Below the pieces are notes generated by a model. The model ran no database searches. It saw only the letters and a list, made by a program, of their open reading frames with translations, and was not told the origin of the DNA. Made by a program: the position numbers and the translations under genes. Below, piece by piece: positions 1 through 9,962 of a DNA stretch of 64,000 nt. Within the stretch, counting starts at the first letter, position 1. Each line of letters begins with the position of its first letter. Source of the DNA: an uncultured Thermoleophilia bacterium (GTDB lineage: Bacteria; Actinomycetota; Thermoleophilia; UBA2241). The DNA is taken from positions 128,001 to 192,000 of the forward strand of contig CAVPCT010000001.1 of the NCBI GenBank assembly GCA_963702475.1. The letters are read 5' to 3'.

Positions 1-1
1 C

Positions 2-1237
2 GCGCGGCGCGAGTTCGCGGCGGCCGCGCGGCTCATCCGGCGGCGCAACGCGCTGCCGGCGGTGTGCGGCCGCGTCTGCCCGCAGGGCGACCAGTGCGAG
101 AAGGAGTGCCTGCTCGGCCAGACCGGCGAGCCGCTGGCCATCGGCGCCCTCGAACGGTTCGCCGCCGATTTCGAGCGCGAGACCGACCAGGTCGTGCTGC
201 CACGCCGGGCGGCGCGGACCGGCAAGCGCGTGGCCGTGGTCGGGAGCGGCCCGGCCGGGCTCACGCTGGCCGCCGACCTCGTCGTGCTCGGGCACGGCGT
301 CACCGTGTTCGAGTCGCTGCACAAGCCCGGTGGGGTGCTGGTGTACGGCATTCCCGAGTTCCGTCTGCCGAAGGCGATCGTCGAAGCCGAGACCGGCAAC
401 CTGCGGCGTCTCGGCGTCAAGTTCGAGGTCAACAGCATCATCGGCAAACTGTACGATCTGAACGAACTGTTCGCGCTCGGCTTCGACGCGGTCTACGTCG
501 GCACCGGCGCCGGGCTTCCGGGTTTCATGGGGCTGCCCGGGGAGAACCTCTGCAACGTCGTCTCTGCGAACGAGTACCTCACGCGCATCAACCTCATGAA
601 GGCGTACCTGTTCCCCGAGTACGACACGCCGGCGCCGAAGGGCTCGCGCGTCGCTGTCGTCGGCGGGGGCAACGTGGCCATGGACTGCGCGCGTACGGCG
701 CTGCGCATGGGCGCGCTGGAGGCCACCGTCGTGTACCGGCGCACGCGCGCGGAGATGCCGGCGCGCGAGGCGGAGATCGAGCACGCGGAGCAGGAGGGCG
801 TGCGGTTCCACTACCTGGCGAGCCCGGTACGCTACATCGGCGACCAGCAGCGCTGGGTGCGGCAGATGCAGTGCGTGCGCATGAAGCTGGGCGAGCCCGA
901 CGGGACAGGGCGGCGCAGCCCGATCCCCATGCTGGACTCCACCTTCCTTCTTGACGTGGACATGGTGGTCGTCGCCGTGGGCGCCGGGCCGAACAGGGCC
1001 CTGTTCGAGGGGGCGCCCGGGCTGGAGCGAAACGAGCGCGGCTACATCCGCACGTTCGCCGCCTCGGGGCGCACGAGCCTGCCGAGCGTGTGGGCCGGGG
1101 GCGATATCGTGACCGGCGCGGCGACGGTGATCCTGGCGATGGGTGCGGCGCGACGCGCGGCCGAGGACATCCACGCGGTGCTCAGCGGCGGGGGCGGGCC
1201 GTGGGCGGCGGCGCCGGCCGTGGCCGGCGCCGCCTGA
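2..1237 (+). CDS. NADPH-dependent glutamate synthase small-subunit-like oxidoreductase (GltD/SudA/NfnB family), 5' partial
   Basis: Frame open from the window edge (..NALPAVCGRVCPQ..QCEKEC Fe-S motif); two Rossmann motifs VVGSGPAGL and VVGGGNVAMD; YGIPEFRLPK; AGGDIVTGAATVILAMG. Confidence 0.9.
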   Translation, partial: ARREFAAAARLIRRRNALPAVCGRVCPQGDQCEKECLLGQTGEPLAIGALERFAADFERETDQVVLPRRAARTGKRVAVVGSGPAGLTLAADLVVLGHGVTVFESLHKPGGVLVYGIPEFRLPKAIVEAETGNLRRLGVKFEVNSIIGKLYDLNELFALGFDAVYVGTGAGLPGFMGLPGENLCNVVSANEYLTRINLMKAYLFPEYDTPAPKGSRVAVVGGGNVAMDCARTALRMGALEATVVYRRTRAEMPAREAEIEHAEQEGVRFHYLASPVRYIGDQQRWVRQMQCVRMKLGEPDGTGRRSPIPMLDSTFLLDVDMVVVAVGAGPNRALFEGAPGLERNERGYIRTFAASGRTSLPSVWAGGDIVTGAATVILAMGAARRAAEDIHAVLSGGGGPWAAAPAVAGAA

Positions 1238-1257
1238 GTCCGAAGCTCCAGTGAAGG

Positions 1258-1830
1258 TCAGGCCGCGTCGACGGCGCGCGCCTTCTCTGCGAGCGACAGG
1301 CGGTGTGCCAGGTCCTCCCAGTAGGCCTGCACGCCCTCTTCGACCTCGTCGTAGTGCACGGACTCGAACTCCTCCGAGAGCTGCTCGCGGTCGCTCGCCG
1401 TCAGGTAGTGCTCGGCCAGGTCGAAGAACTGGGTCTCCTCTACCTCCATGTGGCAGCGCACCACCTCGACGAACTCACGCAGCTCTGCGGCGAACCGCAG
1501 CGAACCGTCGCGGTCGTCGGGCGCGAGGTCATACAGCTCGCGCTGCAGGGCGTCCAGACGGCCGGCCACCCACTCGTGTTCGCCGATCAGCTGTTCGAGC
1601 GGCTCGTCCTGCTCGGTCATGCCTCTCTTGTGGCAGCGCGCGAAGAGCAGGCCGTCCTCTTTGGGGTCATGCAGTCCCTCGGTGAAGTAGCGGAAGAAGC
1701 CGAGGATGGCGTCGACGAGGTCCCCGCGCACGCGCCTCGTCTGCTCGATATGGGCGCACTCGGCCTCCGCGGCCTCCGCCACCTCCAGCATAAGCCGGTG
1801 CTCCGTTTCGAGGATGCTCCTCCAGCTCAT
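1258..1830 (-). CDS. Hemerythrin (HHE) domain protein
   Basis: ATG 1830 with GGAGGGAG RBS; hemerythrin ligand pattern EH...[10 protein letters not shown]...EH...HMEVEE. Confidence 0.85.
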   Translation of the reverse strand: MSWRSILETEHRLMLEVAEAAEAECAHIEQTRRVRGDLVDAILGFFRYFTEGLHDPKEDGLLFARCHKRGMTEQDEPLEQLIGEHEWVAGRLDALQRELYDLAPDDRDGSLRFAAELREFVEVVRCHMEVEETQFFDLAEHYLTASDREQLSEEFESVHYDEVEEGVQAYWEDLAHRLSLAEKARAVDAA

Positions 1831-2021
1831 GGCTCCCTCCTTCCGTGAGCTCCGGACGCGCCGCGCGTCCCTCACCTCCTTGGTACCCCCGGGAAGGCCG
1901 CGGCCGCCGTTGTGACGGGCACCCACCGCGGCCGCGCCCGGGCCGGCGCCGCGGCCGGGCCGGTATGATGGGCCACGGCGGGCCCGCCGGAGGCCGCCGG
2001 CCGCTGATCGGGGAGGGCGCC

Positions 2022-3530
2022 ATGGGTGGCGACGACCGCAGGGTGATCCTGGCGTTCGACCAGGGGACCACGAGCTCGCGCACCATCGCGTTCGCGCCCG
2101 ACGGCTCCGTGCGCGGCGTCTCGCAGCAGGAGCTGCAGCTCTCGTTCCCGCAGCCGGGCTGGGTGGAGATGGACCCGGAGGAGATCTGGGCGACGCAGCG
2201 CGCCACCGCGGTGGAGGCGCTGCGCAAGGCCGGGACGCAGGCCCCCGACGTGGCCGGCATCGGCATCACCAACCAGCGCGAGACCACGGTCATCTGGGAC
2301 CGCGCGACCTCGAAGCCCATCGCGCCGGCCATCGTGTGGCAGGACAGACGGACGGCCGCGCGCTGCGACGCGCTGCGCGCCGCCGGTCACCTCGACCTGG
2401 TGCGGGGCAAGACGGGCCTGCTGCTGGATCCGTACTTCTCGGCCACCAAGATCGCCTGGCTGCTGGATTCGGTGCCGGGGGCCCGAGAGCGCGCGGAGCG
2501 CGGCGAGCTCGCCTTCGGCACCGTGGACAGCTGGCTGGCCTGGCGCCTCACCGGCGGGCGGCTGCACGTGACGGATGCGACCAACGCGTCGCGGACCCTG
2601 CTCTACGACCTGCACGCCGGCTCATGGGACGCCGAGCTGCTCGAGCTCTTCGGCGTCCCGGCCGCGCTGCTGCCGGAGATCGTCGACACCAGCGGGGTGG
2701 TGGGAGAGTCCGACGCCGACGTGCTCGGCGCGCCGGTACCGCTGGCCGGCATGGTCGGCGACCAGCAGGCCGCCCTCTTCGGCCAGGCCTGCACGGCGCG
2801 AGGCATGACCAAGGTCACGTACGGCACCGGCTGCTTCCTGCTCATGCACACCGGCGACGAGCCGGTGGCCTCGCCGGGCGGCCTGCTGAGCACCGTGGCC
2901 GCCCAGATCGGAGGGCGCCGCACCTACGCGCTGGAGGGCAGCGTGTTCATCGGCGGCGCCGCCGTGCAGTGGCTGCGCGATGGGCTCGGGGTCATCGGCG
3001 ACGCGTCGGAGGCCGACAAGCTCGCCGCCGAGGTGCCCGACAGCGGCGGCGTGTACTTCGTGCCGGCCTTGGCCGGCATGGGCGCGCCCTGGTGGGAGCC
3101 GCGCGCCCGCGGCGCGATCCTGGGGCTCACGCGCGGCTCCACGGCCGCGCACATCGCCCGGGCGACGCTCGAGGGCATCGCCTTCCAGGTCGCGGACCTG
3201 CTCGGCGCCGTGATCGCCGACGCCGACGCCGAGCCGCCCGAGATCCGCGTGGACGGCGGAGCCGCGCGCAGCGATCTGCTGTTGCAGTTCCAGGCCGATG
3301 TGCTCGACGTGCCGGTGGTCCGCGCCGCGCAGACGGAGTCCACCGCTCTGGGCGCGGCTCTGTTGGCCGGCCTGGCCACCGGCGTGTGGGCCGGCCCGGA
3401 CGAGGCCGCGGCCATCTGGGGGGCCGCACGCGCGTTCGCGCCGGACGCGACGGTCGACCGTCGAGCTTTGCTCGACGGCTGGGCGTCCGCCGTCGCCTGC
3501 GTGCGCGAGATGGCGGCCCGCGGCGCTTAG
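2022..3530 (+). CDS. glpK: Glycerol kinase
   Basis: [48 protein letters not shown]; ATG 2022 after GGGAGGG. Confidence 0.95.
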   Translation: MGGDDRRVILAFDQGTTSSRTIAFAPDGSVRGVSQQELQLSFPQPGWVEMDPEEIWATQRATAVEALRKAGTQAPDVAGIGITNQRETTVIWDRATSKPIAPAIVWQDRRTAARCDALRAAGHLDLVRGKTGLLLDPYFSATKIAWLLDSVPGARERAERGELAFGTVDSWLAWRLTGGRLHVTDATNASRTLLYDLHAGSWDAELLELFGVPAALLPEIVDTSGVVGESDADVLGAPVPLAGMVGDQQAALFGQACTARGMTKVTYGTGCFLLMHTGDEPVASPGGLLSTVAAQIGGRRTYALEGSVFIGGAAVQWLRDGLGVIGDASEADKLAAEVPDSGGVYFVPALAGMGAPWWEPRARGAILGLTRGSTAAHIARATLEGIAFQVADLLGAVIADADAEPPEIRVDGGAARSDLLLQFQADVLDVPVVRAAQTESTALGAALLAGLATGVWAGPDEAAAIWGAARAFAPDATVDRRALLDGWASAVACVREMAARGA

Positions 3531-3606
3531 GAGGTCGGTCGCGCCGCGGGCCGCACGGTGGGCCGCGCGCTGCCGGATCGTGGCCGGGTCGCGCGTCGGC
3601 CGCCGG

Positions 3607-4083
3607 TCAGTGCCGCACGTGCGCCGGGTGGCGCCGGTGCGGCACGACCAGCACCGGTACGTCGCTGCGGTGGAGCAGCTCGTAGCAGGTCGAGTGCCGG
3701 ATGGCCGCGCTCAGGGGTCCTTCTCCGTGGGATCCGACCACGATGACGTGCGAGTGGCGCGACATGGCGATGCGCGGCAGTGCCGTGGCCGGCTGGTCCC
3801 ACACCATGACGACCTCGCTGTCCACGCCCGCCTCACGGATCCTCTCCTCGGCGGCATCGAGCAGCGGCCGCACGTCCCGGGCGATGTCGTCCTCGTACTC
3901 CTGGAGGACCCGGGCGGCGTCGCAGGAGGGGTCGAGCGCGCAAGCCAGGCCGGGAGGGGGCTCGTGGCAGTAGACGACGACGATGGCGGCGTCGAGCTCG
4001 TCGCGCGCCAGCAGGAGGGCCTCGTCGAGGGCCGCTACGGAGCACTCGGACCCGTCGTACCCAAGGACGATGGGATGGCGCAT
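3607..4083 (-). CDS. Universal stress protein (UspA family)
   Basis: IVLGYDGSECS N-terminus; IVVGSHG; C-terminal VPVLVVP; GAGGAGGAG RBS. Confidence 0.9.
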   Translation of the reverse strand: MRHPIVLGYDGSECSVAALDEALLLARDELDAAIVVVYCHEPPPGLACALDPSCDAARVLQEYEDDIARDVRPLLDAAEERIREAGVDSEVVMVWDQPATALPRIAMSRHSHVIVVGSHGEGPLSAAIRHSTCYELLHRSDVPVLVVPHRRHPAHVRH

Positions 4084-4163
4084 GACTCCTCCTCTCCGCT
4101 GACCTACCCCAGGTAGATGGTTCCCGGCGCGGAGGGGAAGGCCACCGTTCGGCGGCGGGCGTG

Positions 4164-5090
4164 TCAGCGCTGCATCAGCGCTTTGAGATTCCGGGCGATG
4201 AGGCCTGGGTCGTAGTCAAGGCCGCAGCGGCGCAGCTTGACTCGCGTTGCCGCAGCCAGCTCGTCGGCGGGGGTCGCGGCCAGGATCGCCGCCGCCTCCT
4301 CGTCGTCGAACACCTCGGCGGGGGCCACGCTCAGCTGGACGGTGGCGTTCTCCGGGCACGCCTGCTGGCAGCGGAGGCAGCCCACGGCACACGTGTGCCA
4401 GGCCGGCTCGACCCAGTCGGGGAACGGGTCCCGGTCCTCGTTGACCCAGGTGAGGCAGCGCTCGGTGTCGAGCAGAAAACGGTCGGCGCGTATGGCCGCT
4501 GTGGGACAGGCACGCAGGCAGACGCTGCAGCCTTCGCAGTGGGCCAGCGGCTGCGGCGCCGACCAGACGGCGTCGGCCGGCGGAGGAGCGTCGGTCACGC
4601 ACGCGGCGAGCTGGAGGTAGCTGCCGAGGCCGGGCACGTAGGCGATGTTGTTGCGGCCGTAGCGCGCGAGGCATGTACCCGCGGCGAGCGTCTTGAGCGG
4701 CGGTTCGATGCGGGCGGCGCGGCGCCCGAAGGGCGCGACCGCCGCCCCCACGGCCGCCGCCAGCCCGTCCGGGACGGTGCCGTAGCCGGCGTAGTGCGGC
4801 GGGACGACCACGGTGTGCTCCTCGCCGTTCACCGCGAGCGTAGCCTGCGTCAGCGGACGCGCGACGGCGCCGACCACCACGGTCGCGGCGCCCCCGAAGC
4901 CGTCCGGGGCCGTCGCGACGAGGTCGTCGGCGATGCGTGCGGCCGCCTCGGGCGAGAACCCGCCCTCGGTGACGGCCAGCCGGACCGTCGTTGCAGCTTC
5001 GCCGAGCGCCTCGATACCGACGGCCCGCACCGTCCAGCCGGCCTCGGTACACGCGGCCGTGACGGCCGCCCACAGTGCATCGGTGTCCAT
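4164..5090 (-). CDS. Epoxyqueuosine reductase-like (QueG-like) double [4Fe-4S] protein
   Basis: PLKTLA..CLARYGRNNI; CEGCSVCLRACPT, ERCLT, VGCLRCQQACPEN; ATG 5090 with GGGAGGG RBS. Confidence 0.75.
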   Translation of the reverse strand: MDTDALWAAVTAACTEAGWTVRAVGIEALGEAATTVRLAVTEGGFSPEAAARIADDLVATAPDGFGGAATVVVGAVARPLTQATLAVNGEEHTVVVPPHYAGYGTVPDGLAAAVGAAVAPFGRRAARIEPPLKTLAAGTCLARYGRNNIAYVPGLGSYLQLAACVTDAPPPADAVWSAPQPLAHCEGCSVCLRACPTAAIRADRFLLDTERCLTWVNEDRDPFPDWVEPAWHTCAVGCLRCQQACPENATVQLSVAPAEVFDDEEAAAILAATPADELAAATRVKLRRCGLDYDPGLIARNLKALMQR

Positions 5091-5158
5091 GTCCCTCCCG
5101 TCCGGTCTCTCCGCGAGTCTGCGAGAGCGAAGCGGCCACCGCAAGCGTCGCCGCGAGG

Positions 5159-6289
5159 TCAGGCCACGTCGAGGGTGAGCTGGCTGGCGCCGCCGGAGAA
5201 ACGGACCTCGTAGCGGTCGGTCGCCTCGCCGAAGCCGGGCGTGGAGAGGACGTTGCGGCCGCCCACGGCGCCGAGCTTCTGCTCGTCGAAGACGAGCTGG
5301 CTCGCGCCGCCGCTGATGGCGGCGCGCACGGCGGCGCCCGCCGGCCGGTGCACCCTGACGCTGCTGGCACCGCCGGACACGACGACCCCGACCACCCCGA
5401 CAGGCGCGGGCAGCCAGATCTCCACGTCGCTGGCGCCGCCACTCACCGTGAGCGAAGCGAGGCGCAGGGCGCGCAGGTCGGCGGCGAGCTTCCACATGCC
5501 GCCCTTCAGGGCGATGGTCCAGGGGATGCCCGGGTTGAGCGACACGTCGCACGACTGGCCGCGCCAGTCGAAGGGCCGGAAGCGGCGTTTCTGGGCGATC
5601 GTGACGGAGCCGCCGTGGACGCTGACGTCCGGCGGCGGGCCTTCGAAGCGGGCGCGATAGAGCTCGTCTGCGGCGGCGTCGCCGCGGATATCCACCTTGG
5701 CCGCCCCTTTGGTGAAGTCGAGGCGGCCGGCCTGCACGCCGGCGAGAGGCGTCGACGCCTCGGGCGTCTCCCCGCCACCTTCGGCGAAGCCGGCGGCGCC
5801 GGCGGCTGCATCCCCCCCGGCGAGTCCCGTGACGTGGGCCGCCTGGCTCACGTAGACGTCATGCAGGCGGCGCAGGTAGTCGCGGATCACCGTGAGCTCC
5901 TCGGCGCTGTGGCCGGCCACCCCGGCGCTGCTCGCGACCTCCACCTCGCCGTAGAGCCGGCCGCCGACCTCGCGGGCCGCGGCCGTGGACACGACCAGCA
6001 CGCGGCGTCTGTCGGCCGGATCTGCCACGCGGTTGGCAAACCCGGCGCGCTCCATGCGGTCGAGGACCGTGGTGATCGCGCCGGGGGTCAGGCTGCTCTC
6101 CTCGGCCAGCTCGCCGGCCGTGAGCCGGCCGCGCCGGTAGATGATGCCCAGACAGCGCAGATCGGTGCGGTTGAGGCCGACCTGCGCGGCGACCGCCTCG
6201 TCGAGCAGGTCGGCCGCCTGGCGCAGCGCCTCGAACTCCGCGGTGACCTCGCCGATCAGCCTTGTGCGGGCCGAGTCGTCGGTGACCAT
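5159..6289 (-). CDS. MarR-family regulator fused to a C-terminal beta-rich (DUF2154/DUF4097-like) domain
   Basis: GLNRTDLRCL..LTAGELAE..LTPGAITTVLDRMERAG..DPADRRRVLV, then about 190 aa of repeated xSGGASxV strands; ATG 6289 with GGGAGG. Confidence 0.85.
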   Translation of the reverse strand: MVTDDSARTRLIGEVTAEFEALRQAADLLDEAVAAQVGLNRTDLRCLGIIYRRGRLTAGELAEESSLTPGAITTVLDRMERAGFANRVADPADRRRVLVVSTAAAREVGGRLYGEVEVASSAGVAGHSAEELTVIRDYLRRLHDVYVSQAAHVTGLAGGDAAAGAAGFAEGGGETPEASTPLAGVQAGRLDFTKGAAKVDIRGDAAADELYRARFEGPPPDVSVHGGSVTIAQKRRFRPFDWRGQSCDVSLNPGIPWTIALKGGMWKLAADLRALRLASLTVSGGASDVEIWLPAPVGVVGVVVSGGASSVRVHRPAGAAVRAAISGGASQLVFDEQKLGAVGGRNVLSTPGFGEATDRYEVRFSGGASQLTLDVA

Positions 6290-6382
6290 CGTTCCTCCCG
6301 TCCTAAGGGGCCGCCGGACCGCGCGCCTGTGCGCCGCTCGGGAGCCCCAGTCTCTTCGTCGCTGTGATAGTACCATACACGA

Positions 6383-6417
6383 ATCATTTGACAATCTAAC
6401 GTTATGACTCCTAGAGT
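6383..6417 (+). promoter_or_regulatory. Sigma70-type promoter for the ABC exporter operon overlapped by a probable MarR operator
   Basis: TTGACA 6388-6393, 18 nt, TAGAGT 6412-6417; AT-rich imperfect inverted repeat TTTGAcaaTCTAA and palindrome TAACGTTA. Confidence 0.65.
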
Positions 6418-6486
6418 GTCTCCATCGTTGTCGCAGCCGCGGATGGCGGGAACACCCCCGGCTGTGAGAGGCAGGAAGGAAGCGCT

Positions 6487-7458
6487 ATGCACACATCGAT
6501 AGAGGCCGCCGGGCTGGTGAAGTCCTACCGCGGCGGCGTGCGCGCCCTCGACGGCGTGAGCCTGGTCGCGGAGACCGGCTCGGTGTTCGGCCTTCTGGGT
6601 CCGAACGGCGCCGGCAAGTCGACCGCCGTGAAGATCCTGACAACACTCTCGCGTCCGGATGCCGGTGAGGCCCGCGTCGCGGGGTTCGACGTCGTGCGCC
6701 AGGCCGCCAAGGTGCGCCTGGCCATCGGCTGCGTGGCGCAGAAGTCGGGGCTCGACCTCCAGGCGACGGGTCGCGAGAACCTCATGCTCCAGGGCCGCGT
6801 GTACGGCATGCGCGGCCGCGAGCTCAAGCGCCGCGCCCAGGAGCTGCTCGACCGCTTCGGCCTGACGGACTCGGCCGACCGCACGGTGCGCACGTACTCC
6901 GGCGGCATGCAGCGCAAGCTGGACGTGGCCGTGGGACTGATGCACCGGCCGGAGGTCCTCTTTCTTGACGAGCCGACGACCGGACTCGACCCCGAGGCGC
7001 GCGTGGACATGTGGGCGGAGATCGCGCGACTCGCGGGCAGCGACGGTCTCACGATCCTCATGACCACGCACTATCTGGAAGAGGCCGACAGCCTCGCGCG
7101 GCGGCTCGCCATCGTCGACCACGGCAAGGTCGTGGCGGAGGGCACGCCGGACGAGCTCAAGGGCGAGCTGCGTGGCGACACCATCGTCGTGGAGCTCGAG
7201 CGGGCGCCGCAGGACGGCGACGTCAGGCGCGCGCTCGCGAGCCTGGCCGACCTGCGCGACCTGGTCGTGGAGGCCCGTTCGCTGCGGGCGCGGGCCGACA
7301 GCGGCGCGCGCATGGTGCCGCTCGTGCTCAACGCCCTCGAGAGCGCGGGGGTGGGAGTGTCCGCCGTCACGGTGGCGCGTCCATCCCTGGACGACGTCTA
7401 CCTGCGTCACGCCGGCAGGAGGTTCTGTGAGGACGACACGGAGGTGAAGCGGCCATGA
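6487..7458 (+). CDS. ABC exporter ATP-binding protein (DrrA family)
   Basis: Walker A GPNGAGKST, signature YSGGMQRK, LFLDEPTTGLDP, TTHYLEEAD, PSLDDVYL. Confidence 0.93.
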   Translation: MHTSIEAAGLVKSYRGGVRALDGVSLVAETGSVFGLLGPNGAGKSTAVKILTTLSRPDAGEARVAGFDVVRQAAKVRLAIGCVAQKSGLDLQATGRENLMLQGRVYGMRGRELKRRAQELLDRFGLTDSADRTVRTYSGGMQRKLDVAVGLMHRPEVLFLDEPTTGLDPEARVDMWAEIARLAGSDGLTILMTTHYLEEADSLARRLAIVDHGKVVAEGTPDELKGELRGDTIVVELERAPQDGDVRRALASLADLRDLVVEARSLRARADSGARMVPLVLNALESAGVGVSAVTVARPSLDDVYLRHAGRRFCEDDTEVKRP

Positions 7459-8231
7459 TCCACGCGATCGCCGACACGTACTTCATGACCCAGCGGCACT
7501 TCCGCAACCTGCTGCGGCAGCCGGCCTGGATCCTCATCTCCCTGGTGCAGCCCGTGGTGTGGCTGCTCCTCTACGGCGCCCTGTTCCGCAAGATCGTGGA
7601 GATCCCGGGCTTCGGGACCGGCAGCTACATCGACTTCCTCACCCCCGGCATCGTGGTCATGACCTGCCTCTTCAGCGCGGGGTGGAGCGGCATGGACCTC
7701 ATCGAGGACATCGACCGTGGCGTGATCGACCGCTTCCTGGTGAGCCCGGCGAGTCGCAGTTCGCTCATCGCCGGGCGGCTCGTGCAGGGCGCCCTCGTGG
7801 GCGTGATCCAGTCGGTCATCATCGTCGTGCTCGGCCTGATCGTCGGCGCCGAGTATCCGGGCGGGCTGCCGGGTATCGTGGCGCTCACGATCTGCGCGGT
7901 GCTCCTCGGCACGGGGGTCGGCGCCCTGAGCAACGCCGTCGGCGTCCTTTCGCGACGTGTCGAGACCATGGTGGCCGTCAGCAACTTCGTCCTGCTCCCG
8001 CTCACCTTTCTGAGCTCCGTGTTCATGGCTCGGGCGCTCATGCCGGCCTGGATGCAGAGCATCGCCACGTACAACCCGGTGGAGTGGGCGGTCAACGCCG
8101 GCCGGGAGGGGCTCGCCGCGAGTCCCGACTGGGGCGTCGTGCTCACGCGCATGGGGCTCCTCGCCCTGTTCACCGTCATCTGCACCTGGCTGGCCACACG
8201 GGCCTTCCGCTTGTACCAGCGATCCATCTGA
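7455..8231 (+). CDS. ABC-2 type permease (DrrB family)
   Basis: ATGA overlap with the ATPase; LVQPVVWLLLYG, FLTPGIVVM, YNPVEWAV; about 6 TM segments. Confidence 0.92.
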   Translation: MIHAIADTYFMTQRHFRNLLRQPAWILISLVQPVVWLLLYGALFRKIVEIPGFGTGSYIDFLTPGIVVMTCLFSAGWSGMDLIEDIDRGVIDRFLVSPASRSSLIAGRLVQGALVGVIQSVIIVVLGLIVGAEYPGGLPGIVALTICAVLLGTGVGALSNAVGVLSRRVETMVAVSNFVLLPLTFLSSVFMARALMPAWMQSIATYNPVEWAVNAGREGLAASPDWGVVLTRMGLLALFTVICTWLATRAFRLYQRSI

Positions 8232-8421
8232 GGCAGGCGTCGCCTGCGGCGGCTGAGGCGATGCAGGGCGGCGGGCGGCTCTTCCGGCCGCCCGCCGCCC
8301 GTTCGTCGTCTTCTTGGCCGCCCGGCTCTCCCGCCCGCCTCCCGGCGTGCGACGCCCGCGTCGGCTCCGCGGAGTGGGATAGCATTGGCCCACTGCGAGT
8401 CCAAGGGACGCCGGGGGTAAG

Positions 8422-9672
8422 GTGAGCATCTTCAGATACCGCGACGAGCACGCCGCCGCGACCGGGGAGACCGCCCCGGCGGCCGCCGACGAAGGCTCCG
8501 GCGGCCGTTCTCAGACCACGTTCTCCGCGCCGCAGTGGCTGCGCCAGTTCGGCCTCGCCAGCTGGCTCGTCATCGGCATCGCCATCATCGTGGTCGCGCT
8601 GATCCTCCTCACCGGCTGGCTGATGACGCTGTTCGTCCCCACGCTGTTCGCCGCCCTGCTCGGGGCCACGTTCCTGCCCCTCTGCGACTGGTTCGAGCGG
8701 CATCACATGAAGCGCTGGCTGGCCACGCTGCTGACCATGTGCGTCATCGCCGTGATCTTCCTGGCAGTGATCGTCATCGTGGTCTACGGGGTGTTCAGCG
8801 AGTTCCCGACCGTGCAGGCGAACCTCACCACGGCCGCCGTCGACATCTCATCCTGGCTCCAGAGCCATCACGTGGAGATCTCCCGCGACCAGATCGAGGC
8901 GGCGTTCGAGAGGATCGGGCCGTCGGTGATCTCCGGCGCCGTCAACGTCCTCCTCAAGGGCGTGAACAGCATCTCGGTGTTCATCTTCGGCGTGTTCATC
9001 GGCATCAACATCCTGGCCTACTTCCTCGCCGACGGGCGCGGCATCGGTCGCTGGGTCTCGCACCACCTCGGCCCGGTGCCGCAGCCCACCGCCTATCGCA
9101 TCATCGCCAACGCGGCCCGCTTCCTTCGTGGGTACATCTGGGGGAGCACGCTGATCGGCATCTTCAACGGCGTGATCATGTTCGTGGGAGCGCTGGTGCT
9201 GGGCGTGCCGCTGGCCGCGACCATCGGTATCGTCGGCTGGTTCACGAACTACATCCCCACGTTCGGTGCCATCATCGGCGGGGCGTTCGCGGTGCTCATC
9301 GCGCTGGCGTCGGGCGGGGTGACCACGGGCATCCTCATGCTCGTCGTGATCCTCATCGCCAACGGGCCGCTGCAGACGGTGGTCTCGCAGTTCGCCCTCG
9401 GCGCGGCGCTCAAGCTGCACCCGCTCGCCGTGCTGTTCGTGACCACCGCTGGGATGATCATGTTCGGGGCGCTGGGCGGCATCGTCGCGGCGCCCTTCCT
9501 CAAGATCGTGATGGACGCGCACCGCCAGCTGAAGGCCGTCGGGCTGTTCGGGGCGTCCGCGACGGACGGGGCCGCGCTGCCGGGGGACCTCGCCGCGGAC
9601 GCGGCGCAGCACCCGCCGGGTGGCGACGGCCCGCCGGGCGGGCCGGCGGCCGAAGGCTCAGCGGCCGGCTGA
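8422..9672 (+). CDS. AI-2E (PerM/UPF0118) family transporter
   Basis: Multi-TM; NYIPTFGAIIG and LKLHPLAVL..GALGGIVAAP motifs. Confidence 0.85.
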   Translation: MSIFRYRDEHAAATGETAPAAADEGSGGRSQTTFSAPQWLRQFGLASWLVIGIAIIVVALILLTGWLMTLFVPTLFAALLGATFLPLCDWFERHHMKRWLATLLTMCVIAVIFLAVIVIVVYGVFSEFPTVQANLTTAAVDISSWLQSHHVEISRDQIEAAFERIGPSVISGAVNVLLKGVNSISVFIFGVFIGINILAYFLADGRGIGRWVSHHLGPVPQPTAYRIIANAARFLRGYIWGSTLIGIFNGVIMFVGALVLGVPLAATIGIVGWFTNYIPTFGAIIGGAFAVLIALASGGVTTGILMLVVILIANGPLQTVVSQFALGAALKLHPLAVLFVTTAGMIMFGALGGIVAAPFLKIVMDAHRQLKAVGLFGASATDGAALPGDLAADAAQHPPGGDGPPGGPAAEGSAAG

Positions 9673-9880
9673 CGCGCCGGGCGCGGCGCGATCCCAACGT
9701 CTACCGCTCCGCGGGCTTGTGACCCTGTTGCCGTCCTCGCGGTTCGTTGTAGAACACAACCAATCGCGAGTGCGGGCCACGGAACAACCGGCCGCGCGCC
9801 GCCGCCGCATGCAGTCAGGCGGGTGCGTGAGCCTCGGCGGGCGTCGATGGCCGCGGTGAGGCGGGACCTCCGGCGACGTG

Positions 9881-9916
9881 CGAGGGGCGGCTCGCCCCAC
9901 GGGGAGCCGCCCCTCG
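9881..9916. terminator. 13-bp GC hairpin between convergent genes
   Basis: CGAGGGGCGGCTC / GAGCCGCCCCTCG. Confidence 0.55.
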
Positions 9917-9962
9917 TCATCCGCTCCGCGGCGGGCGCTGCTGCGCGGCGCCCGCTGTCACC

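Noticed and set aside
2022-3530. glpK and the aquaporin as a glycerol uptake module
   Set aside because: They are about 25 kb apart, no glpD is nearby, and the MIP lacks the GlpF-type NPARD signature.
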